Origin: Hydrurus foetidus
Lineage: Eukaryota
Assembly: GCA_900617105.1 (NCBI GenBank)
Contig: UYFQ01000407.1
Location: 1 to 63,920 of the forward strand
Direction: 5' to 3'
DNA: 63,920 bases
Part shown: piece after piece, positions 51,231 through 63,920 of the stretch
Numbering within the stretch: the stretch's first letter is position 1
Layout: each line of letters opens with the position of its first letter
Made by a program: the position numbers and the translations under genes
The notes under the pieces: model-generated
What the model was told of the DNA's origin: nothing
Seen by the model: only the letters and a program-made list of their open reading frames with translations
Databases searched by the model: none

Positions 51231-52163
51231 TTATGGGGAAGTTTTCCGAAATACTGAACCGAGAAGGGTTTTGTCGATGTACTGTGTACCGCTTGAGGAT
51301 AGCCCGCTGCTTTGACGGAAAATTCTCTTCACACCTCCCTTCGCAGAACTGCCATCACCAGCAGACGTCACCGCGTCCCTCCGGATGCTTACCGCAGCTT
51401 CCTCAACTGCACCTCCATGTTTCCTTTTTCTCAATTCGACATATTTCTGCTGCTTACCTTTCTCTACTAACTCAACGAATTCTGCATTACTGCGTTTCGC
51501 TTGCATCATAGAAGCTTTTAACTTGTTTTCTCGCACACGTCTCTCGTAGGCGAATTTCTCAGTAAGGTAGTCCCATTTGAAATTCTTCAAATATTTTAGG
51601 TTCCAGATGTCGTCATGGTAAAAATGAGATTTCACCCCCCCCATGGTGGAATTATTGAGCGATTCGGCAACAGATTTCGCAATTTTCTTATCTCCGAATT
51701 CGATCCAGCCTTCAGTGAACTGCTTTGATCCATTACCCCCGTTGCACTTTCGGCGCCTCCGAATTTGTGCATCTTCTTCGGCGAGATAAATCCTCGTTAC
51801 GAGGCCGTATTGTTCAAATAAAGTTCTCGCTTTGTTCGGTTTCATGAATGGTGGAATTCTCGACATGTAAATAACACCCCTTTTCTCCAAGTTTTCGGAA
51901 TACGTTTTAGCTTCTTGGCGGAGCTGTGTGCCTTCCGAGTATTTCACGTCGACACCATCATCTTTATTCATGTCGCAACTATCGTTATCTCGGTCCTCAA
52001 GTTCAGGATCCTCCTCCTCATCAGCTCCGTCGTCATTCTCGGCGTTCATGTCATCGTCATTTTCGATAGTATCACTCGGCCTTCCCGTATCCAGATCGAC
52101 TACGTCAGTATTCTGAGGAGCACTGGCATTCGTAGACGTGGTTCCACTTTTCAAACCCATCAT
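51231..52163 (-). CDS. ESF2: Pre-rRNA processing protein ESF2 / activator of basal transcription 1
   Basis: GVIYMSRIPPFMKP, FTEGWIEF, DDIWNLKYLKNFKWDYLTE signature. Confidence 0.95.
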   Translation of the reverse strand: MMGLKSGTTSTNASAPQNTDVVDLDTGRPSDTIENDDDMNAENDDGADEEEDPELEDRDNDSCDMNKDDGVDVKYSEGTQLRQEAKTYSENLEKRGVIYMSRIPPFMKPNKARTLFEQYGLVTRIYLAEEDAQIRRRRKCNGGNGSKQFTEGWIEFGDKKIAKSVAESLNNSTMGGVKSHFYHDDIWNLKYLKNFKWDYLTEKFAYERRVRENKLKASMMQAKRSNAEFVELVEKGKQQKYVELRKRKHGGAVEEAAVSIRRDAVTSAGDGSSAKGGVKRIFRQSSGLSSSGTQYIDKTLLGSVFRKTSP

Positions 52164-53601
52164 TTATACTGATCATGAAGGTGTTGGTTACCAACCATCA
52201 AAATGAGAGATCATACCATTATTTCCATACCTCCGGTACTATAAAGTTTAATTAATAGAGTTTAACATAGACTCAACCGGTTGGTTTGGGGTTTGTGATC
52301 TATACGGTTATTCAAAATACAGAATACGAATATTCAGGAGTGATACGATCACATTTGAGCTCTATCGATGAGAAATTTATTACTTAGACGTATTTTCATT
52401 CGTTGACACTTTGTGAGCGTCCTAAAAGTTGTCTGCTTTATGTGATGGTATGCTTAACTTTTTGAAATGAATGTTCATATTTAGTGGAAGCGAGTTTTGT
52501 ACTTTTCAAAATACAGAATACGAATTTTAAGGAGTGTTCCCTTAATTGAAAACCTTGTAACTTCTTAAAGACATATCGGATTGAGCTAAGAAATAGATGA
52601 CATGTAGCTGACAATAGTGTCTACAAACGCTGTTGGTTAGCCTCAGTAAAAATGCTACTAGAATGATAGAGAACAAAAGCAAGATTTCACACTCAAAAGC
52701 GCCAAATTCTCAACTTCAAGGATATAGGTCCAAGAAAGTTTTTGAAGATGATCAAATGACGCCCGCACATAAGTTAACAGTCAGGATTTTTAGGAGAAAG
52801 ATCACAAACAATTACTCAGTGCGCTTTCAATATCTGCGTTTTCGCCAAAAACGACCCAAAATACGCGAAAAAGGGCAACCCACGCCAAACTTGCCGCTGA
52901 AGATGAAAACACGTAAGAAGTTGGGAAAACTATATTCTTATATGTTAAGACAAGTGCGTAAATAAGCCACCCTAGAAATTACTTTCTACAACGAGTCAGC
53001 CGTATTTGAAATTGTGCAAACGAAAAACGACACTTTCACAGTTGAGAACACAGCAACCAGCAATCACCAAGTCAGAGAAATTTGCGCACCACAATTCAGC
53101 ACTATAAAGGCTTGTATGAAAAGTTACAGTCCATAGCAATGCAAACTGACGGCAAAAATTTCCAAAAATTGACTCAGGACGGCTCCACGACCAAATATCT
53201 TCACAAGGAAGCCGCAGAAAGCCCAAAGAAGCGCGGAATCAAGTCGGGAGGACTCGAATTAGTGAGGAGACGACATGTCATTGTGCTCCAGTCAGAAATG
53301 AATGTTTTAGATTTTCCTGCACGCTGGTGAGAGCTTAAAAGACAGGAGACAGTAATCTCAAAAGACAGGAGACGAAACGAGGGTTCAGTCAAGGGAGTAT
53401 AAATAGGACAGGGGGCACTTCTGATCCAGTTTCCACGGTTCGGACTTTCTCACCTTTCTCCCTCTCATTTTTCTAAATATCCAAATACCAACCGTAGTAC
53501 ACGCCGGTATACTACTTGGACCCACCGTTGGAACAGCATGATGCAGTGCTGTATATCGAATAGCGCCTCTTCCGTTAGGGTTCTCATATGGAAGATCTCT
53601 A

Positions 53602-55145
53602 GTGATCATGTTACCTCGGAGTCTGACATACGAGATATTTCTAGAGCCTGATGGAAATTTTAAAGCATCTGTTGCAACTTTTTGTGAAGAGAACTTTCTC
53701 ATGCATGTTCGGTACAACTGTTACAAGAAGTTTGTCTTATCTATCCTGGGGGTTCCTATTCCATGCAACATCGTAAAACATCTCTTTTTCGAATTGATTT
53801 TGGAGTATCAACAGCTCTATAAGCGCTACGTTCTTCCTACCTCTGGCACGATAGAAAAACGCCAAAAAGCAGGAAAGCTTACGATACTTCATTTAGAAAC
53901 CAAACGTACTCTGGTTAGAGATAAATTCCAGTTGAAGTTTGTCCAATTGTCATGCGTATCAGGCATTTTGTCCTGTCCTGATAATGAGGAAATGGGTTTG
54001 ACCATCCATGAAGAGAGTAATCTTATATACTGCTGTATGGAGGAGCTATTGTATAAGAACTTTTGGGACTGGATTCGAAAAGAGAGAGGCACTTCTGTTT
54101 ATGACTTTATAAAGGAGAGGGATTCAGACACTCATTATGAATTCACACCACCTATGCTGGACAAAATTTATGACATTTGCGGATATCTCTGTGGCTATAG
54201 AGTCATAAATCTGATAAAATTGAATAGAATAAAGTCTGAATACCGCAATGTTTTCCAGGATTATCATTCTCATTCAAGAATGCTTAACGGGACTATGGCT
54301 TTAACGTGTAGACTTCCTGCGGAATGTTTACTATTCCGTGAGCATTCTGGAGGACTCTATTATTCTAAAACTGCCAATTTTAACTTCATAAAAATCATAC
54401 AGGCTATTTGGATGCAGTGTCTTACGACTGATGTTCTTATTACTTTTAATTCTCAAGAGCCTGTGAAGTTAGTGCATAAGTTAATTCTCAATTCTGTAAA
54501 AGTCCAGCGTGCATTCAAAGACTCTTGTTACTCGATGGTTGAACTATTTACACCATCGCTTAACTTGGCAACTGACATAAATGCAATTTCGTTTCTGTAT
54601 CAGTTTCTTATTCAAGGATTTGTTCGGGTATATGCCAAAGATATTTATCAGCTACGATTATCAAACGTGCTTATGAGTAAGACTGGAGCATCCGGAATTA
54701 GGACGGCATTGCTAATATTGAGCGCAAGCTCATCAAAAAATAAAACTAATGATATCGATAATACTATTGTTAATGACACCATTGAATCTAATGTATCAAA
54801 TTGTGGAGATAGTACAGAGAAGTATTATAATTGCCCTTGTGGTAAATCGTACAAAAAAAATCAAAAACTTGGTATGCAAGACATATAACATTGTGCACTA
54901 AATATATTCATACTGATACCAATAGTTGTGAAATTGAACCACCTTTGAACAAAGAATCTGTTATATTAGATAATCTTATTGACTTAGAATGTTTCGAAAA
55001 TTTTGGCGTATACTCGTGGGAAGTAGATGCACAAGTCGGAATAAATACAGAAAATAGGTTGATTTCCGAAGAAAATGCATTTGATGCGTCAACAGTTAGT
55101 AGCATAGTTGTTGAGGATAAAGATGATGAAATGTTTGATGTTTAA
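53602..55145 (+). CDS. Transposon-associated second gene (YxxCGY / GGL motifs; C2HC zinc finger split by a frameshift at 54853-54860)
   Basis: 428-aa ORF that continues in the -1 frame to 55145. Confidence 0.55.
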
Positions 55146-55272
55146 AAGAGAAAATATATGGAATTAAATAACAATTTTGATTTTTGAATTTAAGTTATGT
55201 ACAGAAGGAGTGGTGTCAAACCTTGAGAATTCAAATTATCAAAGCCACGAGTCAGAAAAATTTCATCATATT

Positions 55273-58200
55273 TTATTTAAGTGTAAGTATCTCAATACCG
55301 TCAATAATCTCCCATACATACTCTGTCCCATTAGTTGACACATTTTTCTTCTTTTCAATACCGTTTTCTTTACATTTGATAGTATATTTTGTCCATGGTT
55401 CTTCTTTCTTTATCTCCTCATTATTTTCAACCTCAATTTCTTCTATATTTCTTTTTCGGCTACTTCTCTCGCTGCTCTTAACTTCTTTTGACACGTTAAT
55501 TTTCGTACAACTCGATGAAGTTGTTATATGATCAAGACGACAATGCTTTGTTCCTAGTCGAACTCTAGCGAACCCATTTTCTACTAAATCTTGACTTATT
55601 CTTCTTGGTATAAAATATATAGTTCTATTTTGGGATTTTTGTAGATTGCAATAGTGTATTGTCATTTGAATAATTCCTTGTAACATTGAGAGGCAATCTT
55701 CCGTGGCTTCTGCCGTGAAAAATCCTGTCATTTCCTCGTACGATGTATAATTTGTGTTCAGTGTTTTATGTGTACGAGCTATACACTCAACTTTCCAACT
55801 TTTGAACCAGTCATAAAAATCTTGAAGAAATTGTATATTTTCTGCATATATTCCTGTATTCAGCCTTTTCTCGGTAGAATTGAGTATTGAAAATAATTTA
55901 GAGAACCAGACACATGCTATTCTCCAACCCCCATACTTTTCTGCATCTTTATAATTGGAGTAGGGATTATTTTCCTTATCATTATTTGGATTATCATTGA
56001 ACTCAGCGTATTTTATTTTATATTGTAGGGCAACATCTATCATCTCTATCATGTGAGGTCCGAGAACCTTAATACACGGTCCAACCCGCATGCATTGAAA
56101 GGAGTTCTTAACGAAATCAATCATTTTAAACTCCTTAAATCTATTTAAACCACCATGATCGTTAAATGATAACCATAGATCCATCATGATAGATAAAGAT
56201 AATTGATGATCTTCACCATTTACTTGCATAAAAATATTTTGAGTTTTACTCGAAAGGCTTGACACACATTTTTTAATCATGTGGGAAGGATCAGATATGT
56301 AGTAAACTGGTTGACTTGTTATTGGATGGACCATATGGGCAGTGTAATCAGTATTCTCAATTCCTTTGTTTCCGTGAATGAAGTATCTTTTTTGAAACTG
56401 ACGGTTACATTGTGCACCGTCAGCTATGATTGATATGATATTAAATTGGTATTTTGATGCCGCGATCATTGTTGTTCTTATTATTTCTTCAATGTCTACA
56501 GCACTCAATGATGTATTAAAACACTAATCGTACTGCTTGCCAACTAAATTCACCATTCTGACCTAGGGTAAATAATGTTATGAGAAATAATTATGACTAA
56601 CATCTCCCCCTAAGAGAACTATTTCAATGAGATTTTTTATAGCATCTTTACCTGAGTAAGTCCAGTAGCAGTATGTCCATTCAACTTTTTTGAAGTTTCA
56701 GCAAAGTATGACATACTTGAAGGAGTATCTTTTTCCCCTCCATCACACTCCATTCCATAGAAATCGTGATATATTTCACTTTTTACACCATGTGGTGCTA
56801 TTTCAGATAACCCAAATACTTTCGAATGCGTCACCGAATACACTATTCCATTGGTAATTATCATCTCATCAATGAGTAAAGCACAATGATCTCTGCTTCC
56901 AAACCCATACTCCTTAGCTTTTTCATTGCTAACATGAAGCTAGTATGCTGAATGCCTACTTCACTTTTCATTGTCGACTTGTACCTAAGAAGAGAAAAAC
57001 GAAACAAAGAAAATAAATGATTGGTGACTATTGAGAAGAAATAAAATCGTATTTGATAACCTTGTTAGGGTAGACCAACTTGGTAAGCTTCTAATACTAG
57101 CTTCTGCCTCGTATTTGGCTTTTCCTAGACTGTCGGCTAATCCCAACGAATAATTTAAAATTCTTGTTGATATTTTTGCTTTGATTATTCCTCTCTTATT
57201 ATTGTTTTTATTAAATTTACCAAGATTTTCTATTTCTGATTTTATGAGTTCTTTGTGCAGTGCTCCTCGTTCTGGATCATTAACATATTCTTTTGCAATA
57301 AGCTCATCGATAAAATTGTAAAACTTTAACCATTTATTCGCCTCTTCTTCCTCTATTAGCACAAAACCGTTACGTGTACTCTCCACGTCCCGCCACTTTA
57401 ATACGGCTGCCCTTAAGTCGTTACAAAGTCCTTTCCAATAAAACACTTTTTTTCGAATCTTATTTATTGTTGTTTTATATTCGATAGTCTGACGTAGAAG
57501 TTTTTTCTTAATAGATTTGCCGACTCTTTGGAATCATTTATTTCATTATTTTTTCTTTTAACTATTAGATTGTGCTCTCTCATTGGTGTTGTTGGACTTG
57601 GAGCAATATTCCTGAATGAACGCCATAAAGTATGACAATCTACACATTTATCATGTATTTGAGATATTTTCGTATTCTTTATGATGCATTCGTATGACTT
57701 TACAAAGAAACTGTTTTTTCCATCGTTCGCTAAATACAGTAATGCTGTGGGAGTTATTAATTCGTTATTTCCTATGCCACATTTTTTTTGTTCGTCCGCG
57801 GAAGGAAGAATCCGACTAGTCCCTCTGTAGTTTTACACAATAAATGGCAATAGTTCTGTGCTCTATTATTGTCCTTAGTCAAATTTCCAAAATTTTCCTG
57901 TGCAACACGAAGTAGTGATGGATCTAACGGATTCATTAGAGTTCCATTACAGGTGAATTTGTTGTGGTTTATGGACTTGGGGGTAAGAAACATAGAGTCG
58001 TTGGAGAGCTTCTCAATGTGGGGTGTTAATGGAATAGCCACCTCCATTTTCTAGGGACGAAAAAATAGCACTCATCAGATAATAAATTCGTGATGCCGAA
58101 ACAAAGTTATATACACATTCAAACTTATAGAGTACATAATTTTTTCACCTTATTCTGCTCAATTGACTTCCTAGTTTTTGGCTCCATTAAATCAGATTCA

Positions 58201-58400
58201 GTAAAAGTATCACCACTGAAAATATTCCCAATTTCGAAAAATATTTTCATCCGAGATGAATCTCTTCCACGAATGAAACCCATCATATGAGATTCAAAAA
58301 TATTCTTACCTCTATTTCGTACTAAAATCATCTTGAGGAACCGACAAACCTGGAGACAGACTTCCACTTCAATGTGAGAAGCGCACGCATCTGCACGCAT
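55273..58400 (-). pseudogene. P-element/THAP9-like DDE transposase, intron-containing, frameshifted
   Basis: LPSWSTLTR|YK across intron 57060-56985, LLIDEM, IIADGAQCN, SDPSHMIKK, RISQDLVENGFARVR; frame break near 56940 and stops around 57480-57770. Confidence 0.85.
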
Positions 58401-58565
58401 CTAGAATGGTACTCAAAAGTTCCTCCTTTTTTTGACCTTAAGAAACTGTCTTATTCTTAAATTGATTTTCAAAATAAGCCTTCATAGCATTTAAAAAAAT
58501 GTCCAACATTATCCGTCCATTAAATGGTGTAGAGAGCGACATATACCATAGTGGCGTTTAACTGT

Positions 58566-61500
58566 GTATGTCACTGTGTACTGAAATCAGCCCGTGGATC
58601 GCTGCAACTCACAGCACTCTAATCTGTACATAGATAACAATATTGCATCGTCAGTGTAGGCTGGAATGTACTGCAAAATGTCTGTACGTACTGGGTGAGA
58701 TGTACGTATCACTCACCAATATGTAGGGGTCGGGACCAGTATGTCACTGTGTACTGAAATCAGCCCGTGGATCGCTGCAACTCACAGCACTCTAATCTGT
58801 ACATAGATAACAATATTGCATCGTCAGTGTAGGCTGGAATGTACTGCAAAATGTCTGTACGTACTGGGTGAGATGTACGTATCACTCACCAATATGTAGG
58901 GGTCGGGACCAGTATGTCACTGTGTACTGAAATCAGCCCGTGGATCGCTGCAACTCACAGCACTCTAATCTGTACATAGATAACAATATTGCGTCGTCAG
59001 TGTAGGCTGGAATGTACTGCAAAATGTCTGTACGTACTGGGTGAGATGTACGTATCACTCACCAATATGTAGGGGTCGGGACCAGTATGTCACTGTGTAC
59101 TGAAATCAGCCCGTGGATCGCTGCAACTCACAGCACTCTAATCTGTACATAGATAACAATATTGCGTCGTCAGTGTAGGCTGGAATGTACTGCAAAATGT
59201 CTGTACGTACTGGGTGAGATGTACGTATCACTCACCAATATGTAGGGGTCGGGACCAGTATGTCACTGTGTACTGAAATCAGCCCGTGGATCGCTGCAAC
59301 TCACAGCACTCTAATCTGTACATAGATAACAATATTGCATCGTCAGTGTAGGCTGGAATGTACTGCAAAATGTCTGTACGTACTGGGTGAGATGTACGTA
59401 TCACTCACCAATATGTAGGGGTCGGGACCAGTATGTCACTGTGTACTGAAATCAGCCCGTGGATCGCTGCAACTCACAGCACTCTAATCTGTACATAGAT
59501 AACAATATTGCATCGTCAGTGTAGGCTGGAATGTACTGCAAAATGTCTGTACGTACTGGGTGAGATGTACGTATCACTCACCAATATGTAGGGGTCGGGA
59601 CCAGTATGTCACTGTGTACTGAAATCAGCCCGTGGATCGCTGCAACTCACAGCACTCTAATCTGTACATAGATAACAATATTGCATCGTCAGTGTAGGCT
59701 GGAATGTACTGCAAAATGTCTGTACGTACTGGGTGAGATGTACGTATCACTCACCAATATGTAGGGGTCGGGACCAGTATGTCACTGTGTACTGAAATCA
59801 GCCCGTGGATCGCTGCAACTCACAGCACTCTAATCTGTACATAGATAACAATATTGCGTCGTCAGTGTAGGCTGGAATGTACTGCAAAATGTCTGTACGT
59901 ACTGGGTGAGATGTACGTATCACTCACCAATATGTAGGGGTCGGGACCAGTATGTCACTGTGTACTGAAATCAGCCCGTGGATCGCTGCAACTCACAGCA
60001 CTCTAATCTGTACATAGATAACAATATTGCATCGTCAGTGTAGGCTGGAATGTACTGCAAAATGTCTGTACGTACTGGGTGAGATGTACGTATCACTCAC
60101 CAATATGTAGGGGTCGGGACCAGTATGTCACTGTGTACTGAAATCAGCCCGTGGATCGCTGCAACTCACAGCACTCTAATCTGTACATAGATAACAATAT
60201 TGCATCGTCAGTGTAGGCTGGAATGTACTGCAAAATGTCTGTACGTACTGGGTGAGATGTACGTATCACTCACCAATATGTAGGGGTCGGGACCAGTATG
60301 TCACTGTGTACTGAAATCAGCCCGTGGATCGCTGCAACTCACAGCACTCTAATCTGTACATAGATAACAATATTGCGTCGTCAGTGTAGGCTGGAATGTA
60401 CTGCAAAATGTCTGTACGTACTGGGTGAGATGTACGTATCACTCACCAATATGTAGGGGTCGGGACCAGTATGTCACTGTGTACTGAAATCAGCCCGTGG
60501 ATCGCTGCAACTCACAGCACTCTAATCTGTACATAGATAACAATATTGCGTCGTCAGTGTAGGCTGGAATGTACTGCAAAATGTCTGTACGTACTGGGTG
60601 AGATGTACGTATCACTCACCAATATGTAGGGGTCGGGACCAGTATGTCACTGTGTACTGAAATCAGCCCGTGGATCGCTGCAACTCACAGCACTCTAATC
60701 TGTACATAGATAACAATATTGCATCGTCAGTGTAGGCTGGAATGTACTGCAAAATGTCTGTACGTACTGGGTGAGATGTACGTATCACTCACCAATATGT
60801 AGGGGTCGGGACCAGTATGTCACTGTGTACTGAAATCAGCCCGTGGATCGCTGCAACTCACAGCACTCTAATCTGTACATAGATAACAATATTGCATCGT
60901 CAGTGTAGGCTGGAATGTACTGCAAAATGTCTGTACGTACTGGGTGAGATGTACGTATCACTCACCAATATGTAGGGGTCGGGACCAGTATGTCACTGTG
61001 TACCGAAATCAGCCCGTGGATCGCTGCAACTCACAGCACTCTAATCTGTACATAGATAACAATATTGCGTCGTCAGTGTAGGCTGGAATGTACTGCAAAA
61101 TGTCTGTACGTACTGGGTGAGATGTACGTATCACTCACCAATATGTAGGGGTCGGGACCAGTATGTCACTGTGTACTGAAATCAGCCCGTGGATCGCTGC
61201 AACTCACAGCACTCTAATCTGTACATAGATAACAATATTGCGTCGTCAGTGTAGGCTGGAATGTACTGCAAAATGTCTGTACGTACTGGGTGAGATGTAC
61301 GTATCACTCACCAATATGTAGGGGTCGGGACCAGTATGTCACTCACTGTGTACTGAAATCAGCCCGTGGATCGCTGCAACTCACAGCACTCTAATCTGTA
61401 CATAGATAACAATATTGCGTCGTCAGTGTAGGCTGGAATGTACTGCAAAATGTCTGTACGTACTGGGTGAGATGTACGTATCACTCACCAATATGTAGGG

Positions 61501-63920
61501 GTCGGGACCAGTATGTCACTGTGTACTGAAATCAGCCCGTGGATCGCTGCAACTCACAGCACTCTAATCTGTACATAGATAACAATATTGCGTCGTCAGT
61601 GTAGGCTGGAATGTACTGCAAAATGTCTGTACGTACTGGGTGAGATGTACGTATCACTCACCAATATGTAGGGGTCGGGACCAGTATGTCACTGTGTACT
61701 GAAATCAGCCCGTGGATCGCTGCAACTCACAGCACTCTAATCTGTACATAGATAACAATATTGCGTCGTCAGTGTAGGCTGGAATGTACTGCAAAATGTC
61801 TGTACGTACTGGGTGAGATGTACGTATCACTCACCAATATGTAGGGGTCGGGACCAGTATGTCACTGTGTACTGAAATCAGCCCGTGGATCGCTGCAACT
61901 CACAGCACTCTAATCTGTACATAGATAACAATATTGCGTCGTCAGTGTAGGCTGGAATGTACTGCAAAAATGTCTGTACGTACTGGGTGAGATGTACGTA
62001 TCACTCACCAATATGTAGGGGTCGGGACCAGTATGTCACTGTGTACTGAAATCAGCCCGTGGATCGCTGCAACTCACAGCACTCTAATCTGTACATAGAT
62101 AACAATATTGCGTCGTCAGTGTAGGCTGGAATGTACTGCAAAATGTCTGTACGTACTGGGTGAGATGTACGTATCACTCACCAATATGTAGGGGTCGGGA
62201 CCAGTATGTCACTGTGTACTGAAATCAGCCCGTGGATCGCTGCAACTCACAGCACTCTAATCTGTACATAGATAACAATATTGCATCGTCAGTGTAGGCT
62301 GGAATGTACTGCAAAATGTCTGTACGTACTGGGTGAGATGTACGTATCACTCACCAATATGTAGGGGTCGGGACCAGTATGTCACTGTGTACTGAAATCA
62401 GCCCGTGGATCGCTGCAACTCACAGCACTCTAATCTGTACATAGATAACAATATTGCGTCGTCAGTGTAGGCTGGAATGTACTGCAAAATGTCTGTACGT
62501 ACTGGGTGAGATGTACGTATCACTCACCAATATGTAGGGGTCGGGACCAGTATGTCACTGTGTACTGAAATCAGCCCGTGGATCGCTGCAACTCACAGCA
62601 CTCTAATCTGTACATAGATAACAATATTGCATCGTCAGTGTAGGCTGGAATGTACTGCAAAATGTCTGTACGTACTGGGTGAGATGTACGTATCACTCAC
62701 CAATATGTAGGGGTCGGGACCAGTATGTCACTGTGTACTGAAATCAGCCCGTGGATCGCTGCAACTCACAGCACTCTAATCTGTACATAGATAACAATAT
62801 TGCGTCGTCAGTGTAGGCTGGAATGTACTGCAAAATGTCTGTACGTACTGGGTGAGATGTACGTATCACTCACCAATATGTAGGGGTCGGGACCAGTATG
62901 TCACTGTGTACTGAAATCAGCCCGTGGATCGCTGCAACTCACAGCACTCTAATCTGTACATAGATAACAATATTGCATCGTCAGTGTAGGCTGGAATGTA
63001 CTGCAAAATGTCTGTACGTACTGGGTGAGATGTACGTATCACTCACCAATATGTAGGGGTCGGGACCAGTATGTCACTGTGTACTGAAATCAGCCCGTGG
63101 ATCGCTGCAACTCACAGCACTCTAATCTGTACATAGATAACAATATTGCGTCGTCAGTGTAGGCTGGAATGTACTGCAAAATGTCTGTACGTACTGGGTG
63201 AGATGTACGTATCACTCACCAATATGTAGGGGTCGGGACCAGTATGTCACTGTGTACTGAAATCAGCCCGTGGATCGCTGCAACTCACAGCACTCTAATC
63301 TGTACATAGATAACAATATTGCGTCGTCAGTGTAGGCTGGAATGTACTGCAAAATGTCTGTACGTACTGGGTGAGATGTACGTATCACTCACCAATATGT
63401 AGGGGTCGGGACCAGTATGTCACTGTGTACTGAAATCAGCCCGTGGATCGCTGCAACTCACAGCACTCTAATCTGTACATAGATAACAATATTGCGTCGT
63501 CAGTGTAGGCTGGAATGTACTGCAAAATGTCTGTACGTACTGGGTGAGATGTACGTATCACTCACCAATATGTAGGGGTCGGGACCAGTATGTCACTGTG
63601 TACTGAAATCAGCCCGTGGATCGCTGCAACTCACAGCACTCTAATCTGTACATAGATAACAATATTGCGTCGTCAGTGTAGGCTGGAATGTACTGCAAAA
63701 TGTCTGTACGTACTGGGTGAGATGTACGTATCACTCACCAATATGTAGGGGTCGGGACCAGTATGTCACTGTGTACTGAAATCAGCCCGTGGATCGCTGC
63801 AACTCACAGCACTCTAATCTGTACATAGATAACAATATTGCGTCGTCAGTGTAGGCTGGAATGTACTGCAAAATGTCTGTACGTACTGGGTGAGATGTAC
63901 GTATCACTCACCAATATGTA
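58566..63920. repeat. 173-bp tandem satellite array, ~31 copies, running off the window end
   Basis: Period measured directly (GTATGTCACTG at 58566, 58739, 58912...); units nearly identical. Confidence 0.99.

Larger units (their letters stand above)
52266..58400 (-). mobile_element. Decayed P-element-like DNA transposon with two convergent genes (termini not confirmed)
   Basis: AT-rich block containing a P-type transposase; candidate left end CATAG at 52266; subterminal 32-bp direct repeats; no matching right TIR found in the window. Confidence 0.7.

Noticed and set aside
58545..58561. CACTA-type terminus (TAGTG) with a GCGTTTAA/GAGTTTAA pseudo-TSD
   Set aside because: No matching inverted repeat on the left, and the transposase is P-type.
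58566..63920. CRISPR array or tandem small-RNA gene array (5S, SL, snRNA)
   Set aside because: No variable spacers, no cas genes, and no recognisable 5S, tRNA or Sm-site features; the unit is not a multiple of 3 and has no long ORF.

Overview
Eukaryotic, intron-containing DNA. Signal-peptide-bearing plastid proteins, a ciliary MYCBPAP-like gene and CoDi-like Copia elements suggest a flagellated photosynthetic stramenopile (inference). Host genes include a PH-fold protein, an ~11 kb MYCBPAP-like gene fused to a degenerate phosphoglycerate kinase domain, PAP/fibrillin, an S26 signal peptidase, two START proteins, a DUSP-domain protein, a doubled ABM-like membrane protein and ESF2/ABT1. Mobile and repetitive DNA: the 3' end of one Copia element (1-~1184), a complete Copia element with identical LTRs (15135-21053), a TA-flanked MITE (34651-35100), a ~1.7 kb inverted repeat (35539-37233), a decayed two-gene P-element-like transposon (~52266-58400) and a very homogeneous 173-bp satellite (58566 to window end, ~31 copies). 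Top finding: the complete Copia element has no recognisable tRNA primer-binding site. The 10 nt directly after its 5' LTR (TAATAAGAAG, 15532-15541) are the exact reverse complement of 15361-15370 inside the LTR, next to an initiator-like motif. This is the geometry of Tf1-type self-primed reverse transcription, here in a Ty1/Copia element. All family calls come from motif recognition by eye; no searches were run.
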